Assembly: GCA_034722955.1 (NCBI GenBank) | Contig: JAYEOM010000010.1 | Span: forward strand, 1-24,918 | Length of the DNA stretch: 24,918 nt | Source of the DNA: Campylobacterota bacterium | Lineage (GTDB): Bacteria > Campylobacterota > Campylobacteria > Campylobacterales > Sulfurovaceae | Direction of reading: 5' to 3' | Translations under genes and position numbers: made by a program | Part shown: positions 1-6,455 of the stretch, piece after piece | Numbering within the stretch: position 1 is the first letter of the stretch | Layout: each line of letters begins with the position of its first letter | Notes under the pieces: generated by a model | Databases searched by the model: none | What the model was told of the DNA's origin: nothing | What the model saw: the letters and a program-made list of their open reading frames with translations, nothing else

Positions 1-198
1 TTCTTTCCTCATCTCTCCCGTAGTGATCATGCTCCCTTTTGGGAGAGTCGCATCCCTGCGATGATGTGGACAGACACCTCAGAGTTCCGCAACCCCCACT
101 ACCACCGCCCCAGCGATGCTCCTGATACTTTGGACTATGAGTTTATGCGTAGGGTTGTGGAGTTGTTGGGTGAGGTGGTTTTGGAGGAGTTGGGGTGA
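1..198 (+). CDS. 3' end of an M28-family metallopeptidase (5'-truncated by the window edge)
   Basis: Frame 1 is open from base 1: FFPHLSRSDHAPFWESRIPAMMWTDTSEFRNPHYHRPSDAPDTLDYEFM...ELG* (TGA 196-198). SDHxPF and YHxxxD are the M28 C-terminal motifs. Confidence 0.85.
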   Translation, partial: FFPHLSRSDHAPFWESRIPAMMWTDTSEFRNPHYHRPSDAPDTLDYEFMRRVVELLGEVVLEELG

Positions 199-260
199 AA
201 AAATCAAAATTAAATGAGTTGATTCTTTTAGATTGTATGGTTATAAATAAAGGATAGAAA

Positions 261-1034
261 ATGTACACAGCAGAAGTGAAATTTACAATCAATAAAAAAG
301 TGAAAGATGATAGCCAAACAGACTTGGTTGAACTGATATTTGGGTCTTGGAGAATGAATGGGCAGGTTTTAGGTGATACCTATTTTTCATTTATCAAAAA
401 TAAAAATCTTATTGTTCAGGTTTTAATCCCAGCAAAAGACTCACTTTCAACAAAATATGCAAATAGATATCTGAAGAGTAGTTATAAAAAACTAGAGAGT
501 GTAGGACTCTCAAAACCTAGGATTAAGATATTGGGTGAAGAACCACATTATTATAATAAGTGTAAATGTAAAAAGGTCAAAGAGTATATTCTATATACGA
601 CTTATGTACAGTTAGAACCTGCTTTGCGTTGTAAAAAATGCTTTGGGTATATTCCTCTCTATAAGATTCCACCTATATATGATAATAGTGAGTACTATCC
701 TCTTATAACTTGGCAGAGTGATTATCAAGCTTGTGATACTTTGCAAATGAATTGTATTGTGGGTGAAAAGTTTGGTATGAAAGAGATGTATGATCATCAA
801 AGTGATTTAAGTAAACAGGGTCGATATGTTTGCAAAAAGATAGAAAAGCTTACAGGTAAAAAAACATACTACTACCTCTATACATATAGAGCCAAAAATC
901 GTAAAAAAGAACTCAAACGAAAATGTCCCAAATGTAAAGGAGAGTGGCTAAGAAAAGAAACCCTGCATAATAAATTTGACTTTGAATGTACGAAGTGTCG
1001 GTTACTCTCAAATATAGCTTGGGATGTGCGTTAG
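261..1034 (+). CDS. Zn-ribbon-containing protein, DUF2310-like
   Basis: 257 aa with Cys pairs (CKC, CKKC, CPKC, CTKC) and the motifs TYYYLY and FDFECTKCRLLSN. AAGGA RBS upstream. Confidence 0.75.
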   Translation: MYTAEVKFTINKKVKDDSQTDLVELIFGSWRMNGQVLGDTYFSFIKNKNLIVQVLIPAKDSLSTKYANRYLKSSYKKLESVGLSKPRIKILGEEPHYYNKCKCKKVKEYILYTTYVQLEPALRCKKCFGYIPLYKIPPIYDNSEYYPLITWQSDYQACDTLQMNCIVGEKFGMKEMYDHQSDLSKQGRYVCKKIEKLTGKKTYYYLYTYRAKNRKKELKRKCPKCKGEWLRKETLHNKFDFECTKCRLLSNIAWDVR

Positions 1035-1084
1035 TTGATAAAAAAGTGAAAGGTATTTTATGAATAGTAAAAGATGGAGAACAA

Positions 1085-2375
1085 ATGTGGTTTGAAGAGT
1101 TGATGGGGTTTAGTGAGTCTAGGCAGAGTGTGTATGAAAATATTGTTATAGATGGCTCACAGATGAGGTCATTGGTCAATGACAAAACTTATACTTTTGG
1201 TCATTTGGAGATTATCTCTTTGTATCAGTTGCGTGAGCGGGTTGCAGAGATAGAGTCGTTGCGTGGAAAGATAGAGATACGAGAAGAGGTGGCTGATGTT
1301 AGGGATTTGCATCTCGATGAGTCCAATGCAGGGGCTCTGTTTCAAGTGGCATCACAATTTAACCTCTTGGAGATGGTTTCACCCGATATAACTCCAGAGC
1401 ATGGTGTAAGTGGCTATGCCTATGACTATACACAAGGTCCTATCTGTGCTATCTGTGCAGGTGCAGGGACGATATATCGTAACTATTTCGTAGAGGTCAA
1501 TGGAGCGAGAGGACAAAGCCAGTCCAATCAGATAGATTGTCTCAAAGATATAGGTGATGCTATGGGTAATGACAAAGAGAGTCTTTGGGAGATGAAAAAT
1601 GGTTATGCACTGCTGAGACATGAGGGATTGGAGGAGATAGATAGAGAGTTGAGCAAGTTAGCAGAAGATGAGCGAGATGTGTTAGCTGAACTTTTGAAGA
1701 TCGGTATACAGTGGGATACACAAGTCACCCAAGCAGATCACACACATAGCGTCTCACAAGCTTAGGCTAACCCAAGGAGATAAACACCCAAATAGCTTTA
1801 TGAGATTTTTCATAGACAAGGCAATCGTTTGCAGGACTAGCCTTAGCTAATTGCCCGCAGGAAATGCCCTTGGGGTGCAAAAACGATTAACGCAGTATAT
1901 GGGAAACCTCATAAAGCCCGTAGGGAAGCCACATAGAGGGCAATCTTCACAAAATAGAATTCTTGAATTAGCTTTGGCTAGTCCTACGAATTATATTTTG
2001 CAAATCTTACCCTCTCTGTGGCTTCTATTTTGTGTGTTTGTCTCCTTGGGTTAGCCTTATTGTTCAGCTCTTCCTGTCGCATATGTGGGGTATGATATAG
2101 CCTTATGGGAACGGTTTGCTAGAGTTGTCTTGTATGCAAGCTATGAAGCGACTCTCTGTGTAGGTATATTGAATGCTCTCAAAACAGGCAACAATCGCAT
2201 ATATCTCACGCTTGTAGGTGGTGGAGTATTTGGCAATAAGATAGAGTGGATAGTAGATGCGATTGCTTCTGCTGTATCTAAATATAGGGATTTTGACTTG
2301 GATATTGTTATCGTCAGTTATGGAGCTAGAAATATCTATGTAACTAACGCTATAGAAGAAATACAATCAAATTAA
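1085..2375 (+). pseudogene. Conserved hypothetical protein (putative macro/PARG-like fold) interrupted by a MITE at 1765-2056; reconstructed length 331 aa
   Basis: ORF 1085-1765 stops at a TAG made by the insertion junction. Removing 1765-2059 (element plus one TTA) rejoins it in frame: ...HSVSQA-YCSALPVAY-VGYDIALWERF...YLTLVGGGVFGN...QSN*. Motifs ASQFNLLEM, TQGP, GAGTIYRNYF. Confidence 0.88.
1765..2056. mobile_element. Full-length 292-bp MITE (copy 1), ~31-bp TIRs, TTA target-site duplication
   Basis: The left end GGCTAACCCAAGGAGA is the exact reverse complement of the right end TCTCCTTGGGTTAGCC. TTA at 1762-1764 and 2057-2059. No transposase ORF. Confidence 0.93.
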
Positions 2376-2387
2376 AAAGGAAATAAA

Positions 2388-2912
2388 ATGACACTAGATG
2401 AATTTTGGAATATTATAGACAAAGCGAAAAATACTACAGACCCTGATGAGGTGGTAGAGATAGTGACAAAAGAGTTAGCAAATCTTTCAGATGAAGAGAT
2501 TGTCTATTATCAGAAGCATTTTGATACTTTGTTTGAAAGGGCAGAGAAATGGGACTTATGGGGAGCGATTTATCTGATCAATGGAGGATGTGGGGATGAC
2601 TCTTTTATGGATTTTCGCTATAGTCTAATCTCTATGGGAAAAGAAGTATATAACAATGCTATAGCCAATCCTGACTCATTGGCTGATTTGGCACTTAATG
2701 AAGATGAAGATGAACGCTTTGATGCACTTTTCAATGAAAGCTTTGGATATATCGCTATAGAGGTCTATGAAGAGAAGACAGGTGAAGAAATTTATGATTA
2801 TCGTGAGGATATTGATAGAGAAGAGGATATGGGAGAAGAGTGGGATTTTGATGATAGAGATGAGTGTCTGAAACGCTTGCCAAGATTGACAGACAAGTAT
2901 TGGGAGGAGTAG
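2388..2912 (+). CDS. DUF4240 domain-containing protein (acidic)
   Basis: MTLDEFWNIID...DLWGAIYLINGGCGDDSFMDFR..LISMG pattern. AAGGA RBS. Confidence 0.8.
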   Translation: MTLDEFWNIIDKAKNTTDPDEVVEIVTKELANLSDEEIVYYQKHFDTLFERAEKWDLWGAIYLINGGCGDDSFMDFRYSLISMGKEVYNNAIANPDSLADLALNEDEDERFDALFNESFGYIAIEVYEEKTGEEIYDYREDIDREEDMGEEWDFDDRDECLKRLPRLTDKYWEE

Positions 2913-2955
2913 GATTTAGAAGAAAAAGAAGCATATGATTCAGCTGAAATAATTA

Positions 2956-3057
2956 GGCTACACCACGGAAATAAACATCCAAATAGCTTTATGAGGTTTT
3001 TCATAGACAAGGCAATCGTTTGCAGGACTAGCTTTGGCTAGTCCTAAATTTATTTCC
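2956..3057. mobile_element. Internally deleted and truncated MITE (copy 2)
   Basis: TTA (2953-2955), then GGCTACACCACGGAAATAAACATCCAAATAGCTTTATGAGGTTTTTCATAGACAAGGCAATCGTTTGCAGGACTAGC, closely matching 1765-1841. This is fused to TTTGGCTAGTCCT (=1973-1985), followed by a partial right TIR TTTATTTCC (3049-3057). Confidence 0.85.
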
Positions 3058-3147
3058 ACCAAACCTGTAATATTACACTACATTTTCACTCAACACTAAT
3101 ATATGTGAAATACACATGATAAGTTCCTTTTTAGAATATACTTGTAG

Positions 3148-3153
3148 TATAAT
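3148..3153 (+). promoter_or_regulatory. Putative sigma70 -10 box for the flotillin cassette
   Basis: TATAAT ~65 bp upstream of the ATG at 3217, in an AT-rich intergenic region. Confidence 0.45.
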
Positions 3154-3216
3154 GAGATTATATAAAGCTGTAGTCGCTGTGAAGTCGTCTCAAATAAAAT
3201 ATGAAAGTATGGTTCT

Positions 3217-3750
3217 ATGTCAAATATCGAACAACTCATAAAAAAATCTTTAGAAAACCCAAACTATTTAACCTACTGGCTTGAAGCAATGATTGATGAA
3301 CAGATATCTGATGTTAAAAATGCACTAAATGAACCTTTTCTTGGGATTAATAATCCTCATATTATTCAAGAGCTTCAAGATATACTCAAAGATATTCACA
3401 GCCAACCCCATTGGTTAAAACCTGTTTTTGAAAATGTATTTGGGATAGAGACAAAAACATATTCTAAAAAAAAATTATCTATCCTATTGGACCAAGTAGA
3501 GACAGACAGCTATAAAATGGATCGTGAATATGAAAGAATCAAAATAAATCGTCAAAAAATAGCTAAACTCTTAGAGGATTTAGCACAACTACATCTAGAA
3601 TTTTCCTCTTCACAAAACCATGATTTTTTTCTTAATGAAATTGATGATAAAATAGCTTTTCTAGAAAGCTATAACATCACATTGCTATTTAATGAAAAAA
3701 GTCTTTTAGAGATAAAAACACTCTACCATGACATCAAAGGAAAAGGATAA
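3217..3750 (+). CDS. Hypothetical helical/coiled-coil protein, first gene of the flotillin cassette
   Basis: 177-aa ORF with heptad-like Leu/Ile spacing, ending 5 bp before the flotillin gene. Confidence 0.7.
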   Translation: MSNIEQLIKKSLENPNYLTYWLEAMIDEQISDVKNALNEPFLGINNPHIIQELQDILKDIHSQPHWLKPVFENVFGIETKTYSKKKLSILLDQVETDSYKMDREYERIKINRQKIAKLLEDLAQLHLEFSSSQNHDFFLNEIDDKIAFLESYNITLLFNEKSLLEIKTLYHDIKGKG

Positions 3751-3755
3751 AGAGT

Positions 3756-5447
3756 ATGGAAGTTATCAATATGTTAGGAATTTGGATATATGCTATTGCA
3801 ATTATTGTTTTTATTTTAGTTTTAGGACTTATTTTTGTCAAAATATACAAAAAAACCACCAAAGAACAGGCTTTTATTAGAACAGGATTAGGAGGAGCAA
3901 AAGTCATCTTAGATGGAGGAATTATCGTCCTTCCTATGATACATGACCGTACCATGATTAATCTTAATACATTAAAACTTGTGGTAACGAGACAAAATGA
4001 ACAATCTCTCATTACCTCTGATAAACTCAAAGTTGATGTCATTGTTGAATTTTTTGTACGGGTCAAGAGAGATGAAAATTCTATCTCTCGTTCAGCCTCC
4101 ACACTCGGTTCGAAAACCCTTCGTCCTGATGATTTAAAAGCGTTAATAGAGGGTAAACTTGTAGATTCATTGCGTTCAGTTGCATCTCAAACGACGATGG
4201 AGTCACTACATATTGAACGCAAAGAGTTTGTACAGCAGGTCTCCAACACAGTAGCAGAAGACTTAGATGCCAATGGACTAGAATTGGAATCTGTTTCTCT
4301 AACTTCACTTGACCAAACAAATATCTCTTTTTTCAATGAAAGTAATGCCTTTGATGCGCAAGGGCTACGTAAAATCGCAGAAATTACTGAGGCGAAACGA
4401 AAAGAACGTGTAGATATAGAAGAAGATACACGCGTACAGATAGAACAAAAAAAGCTAGAAGCAGAAAAGAAAATCTTAACCGTAAGAGAAGAAGAAGCCT
4501 TTGCGCAAGCTTCACAAGAGTCTAATATTCGTATAGAGCGTTCACAACAATCAAAAGAGGCAGAAGAACAAGAGATACTCAATGCAAAAGCTGTCTCTTT
4601 TGCTAATATAGAAAAAGATAAAGAGATTCGTGAACGTGAAATTTTGAAAAATAAAAAACTCGAAACTGATGAAATTCTCAAAGATGAAACCATTAAAATT
4701 GCTCAACAAGACAAAGAGATTAAAATCGCTCAAAAGTCTTCTGATGTAGCACTTGCTGATGCCAAAGCGAACCTTGAAAAAGCCAAAGAGGTACAGACAC
4801 AAGAGGCAGTGACCACTGCTAAGGAGACAGAGATTTCTAATAGGATAAAAACTTTAGCATTAATTAAAGCACTACAAATAGCAGAAGAGGAAGCCATTAC
4901 CAAAAAAACCCTCGCCCAAGCAGAAAAAGAGGCTTCACAAGACAAAGCAGAAGCTGTGAAAATTATAGCACAAGGAGAGGCTGAAGCAATTAAAATTAAT
5001 GCAGAAGCGATGCAAAAAGAGTATGAAGTCGAAGCAGAAGGCAAAAAGCGCATCCATGATGCTATGAATACCCTCTCTAATGAGCAAATTAAAAAAGAGG
5101 TTCAACTCTCTATGATTGAAAAACTTCCAGAAATTATTGAACAGATGATTAAACCAGCCAACAATATTGACAGTATTAAAATTGTAGATATGGGAGGTGA
5201 GAGGGGTAAAAATTTTATACAAAACAGTACAGAAGGTGGAGTAGAAAACAGATCATCTTTACCTGAGCAAATTACCAGTGCTATGATGAACTATTCTGTA
5301 GGAAATGCCATGATTAATGATATGCTCAAAGAGTCAGGATTAAACGACACTTTAGGTGTCAAAGAAATCAAAGATTTACTAAAATCCAATCCTATTAACG
5401 CACAACAAAATACCTCTTCTGCAAGTAATATAAAAGAGAATGAATAA
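3756..5447 (+). CDS. yqiK: Flotillin-family SPFH protein (YqiK-like)
   Basis: N-terminal TM helix, AFIRTGLGG, SPFH domain (LITSDKLKVDV..EFFVRV; NGLELESVSLTSLDQT; NAFDAQG), long EA-rich coiled coil, C-terminal IDSIKIV motif. Confidence 0.9.
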   Translation: MEVINMLGIWIYAIAIIVFILVLGLIFVKIYKKTTKEQAFIRTGLGGAKVILDGGIIVLPMIHDRTMINLNTLKLVVTRQNEQSLITSDKLKVDVIVEFFVRVKRDENSISRSASTLGSKTLRPDDLKALIEGKLVDSLRSVASQTTMESLHIERKEFVQQVSNTVAEDLDANGLELESVSLTSLDQTNISFFNESNAFDAQGLRKIAEITEAKRKERVDIEEDTRVQIEQKKLEAEKKILTVREEEAFAQASQESNIRIERSQQSKEAEEQEILNAKAVSFANIEKDKEIREREILKNKKLETDEILKDETIKIAQQDKEIKIAQKSSDVALADAKANLEKAKEVQTQEAVTTAKETEISNRIKTLALIKALQIAEEEAITKKTLAQAEKEASQDKAEAVKIIAQGEAEAIKINAEAMQKEYEVEAEGKKRIHDAMNTLSNEQIKKEVQLSMIEKLPEIIEQMIKPANNIDSIKIVDMGGERGKNFIQNSTEGGVENRSSLPEQITSAMMNYSVGNAMINDMLKESGLNDTLGVKEIKDLLKSNPINAQQNTSSASNIKENE

Positions 5448-6074
5448 ATGATAGACTTTTTAGCCCCTGAGATGTTACCTTACTCGGTAGCATTGATGAT
5501 TTTTGCTATTATTGCCTTTTTGGAATTTGTCTCTTTACTTTTGGGTTGGGCTATTTTTGGTTTTTTAGATGACATTATCATTACGAACCATTCCGATATT
5601 CATATAGAGAGTACGGGGTTAGTCAGTGGATTTTTTGGCTATATTAATCCCCAAAAAGTACCCTTTTCTATGGTATTAGTCTCTCTGTTTTTTATTTTTG
5701 CTTTTATAGGCACACTCTTGCAAAATATTTTTGGCTTACTTCCTCTCATTATTACACTTCCTATTGTCACTTTTCTTACCTTTATTTTACTAAGACACTT
5801 GACTAATATTATTGCAAAAATTTTACCTAATGAGACTACAGAGGTAGTCTCTACAGATAGTTTTCTTGGTAAAACAGCTGTTATTTTAGACCCAAAAGCC
5901 CAAAGAGGTTTACCAGCTCGTGCAAAGACAAGAGATGTCTATGGTTCAGACCACTATATTCGTGTTGAACCTTTAGAAGAAAAAGAGACATTGATAGAAG
6001 GTGAAGAAGTCATTGTTATGCAAAAAGTGAAGAGTGTTTTTTATGTGGAGAAGCGTTTAGAGATAAAGCATTAG
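5448..6074 (+). CDS. yqiJ: YqiJ (DUF1449)-like NfeD-type membrane protein with C-terminal OB fold
   Basis: Several TM segments, KVPFSMVL, GKTAVI...GLPARAKTRDVYGSDHYIRVEP. Starts directly after the flotillin stop (TAAATG). Confidence 0.82.
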   Translation: MIDFLAPEMLPYSVALMIFAIIAFLEFVSLLLGWAIFGFLDDIIITNHSDIHIESTGLVSGFFGYINPQKVPFSMVLVSLFFIFAFIGTLLQNIFGLLPLIITLPIVTFLTFILLRHLTNIIAKILPNETTEVVSTDSFLGKTAVILDPKAQRGLPARAKTRDVYGSDHYIRVEPLEEKETLIEGEEVIVMQKVKSVFYVEKRLEIKH

Positions 6075-6279
6075 ATAATGTCGGAAAGAATCAACTGATA
6101 CTAAAAAAGAGTGTTATCCAAGATGAGCCGCCCCTGCAGTTCAATCTCCACTCTTATGATATAATGCAAAAAGTAAAGGGTGAGGGGTATCTCTCTGCAC
6201 AAAGTGTTTATGATGATTTGCTGTTCAAACTACCTTCTTCGGCAGAAAAGCTTAGTCTTTGGTCTAAACTTTTACATAA

Positions 6280-6316
6280 GGCTACCCCAAGGAGATAAAC
6301 AGACAAATAGCTTTAT
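6280..6316. mobile_element. Solo left end of the MITE family (copy 3)
   Basis: TAA (6277-6279), then GGCTACCCCAAGGAGATAAACAGACAAATAGCTTTAT, matching the left TIR of copies 1 and 4. No right end found. Confidence 0.8.
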
Positions 6317-6455
6317 CTTTTTTACCTCTCTCAGCTTTTCGATTTGGTGTCCGAATGGGAGCGACTTTTGCAGATGGATGAGAGCGAGCTAAAAATGATG
6401 ACTACTGAAGTAAAATATATCATATAATCATGAAAAAGGCTACTCTCAGCATAGG

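Noticed and set aside
1851..2054. 67-aa ORF inside MITE copy 1 (and related ORFs 24419-24667, 6180-6392, 2798-3010)
   Set aside because: These are translations of the repeat itself (shared ASPxNYILQILPS text), with no transposase motifs or convincing RBS.
2085..2375. Independent 96-aa gene
   Set aside because: It is the C-terminal part of the gene starting at 1085, separated by the MITE.
1765..3057. Repeats as a CRISPR array or group I/II intron
   Set aside because: No regular repeat-spacer periodicity, no cas genes, and no recognisable intron boundary or catalytic motifs. TIRs plus a TTA duplication indicate a transposon-derived element.
3103..3117. ATGTG-AAATA-CACAT palindrome as a CRP/FNR site
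   Set aside because: The spacing does not fit TGTGA-N6-TCACA, and short palindromes are common in AT-rich DNA.
4187..5222. Long antisense ORFs over the flotillin gene, and similar shadow ORFs over other genes
   Set aside because: Explained by codon bias of the sense-strand genes; no recognisable domains.
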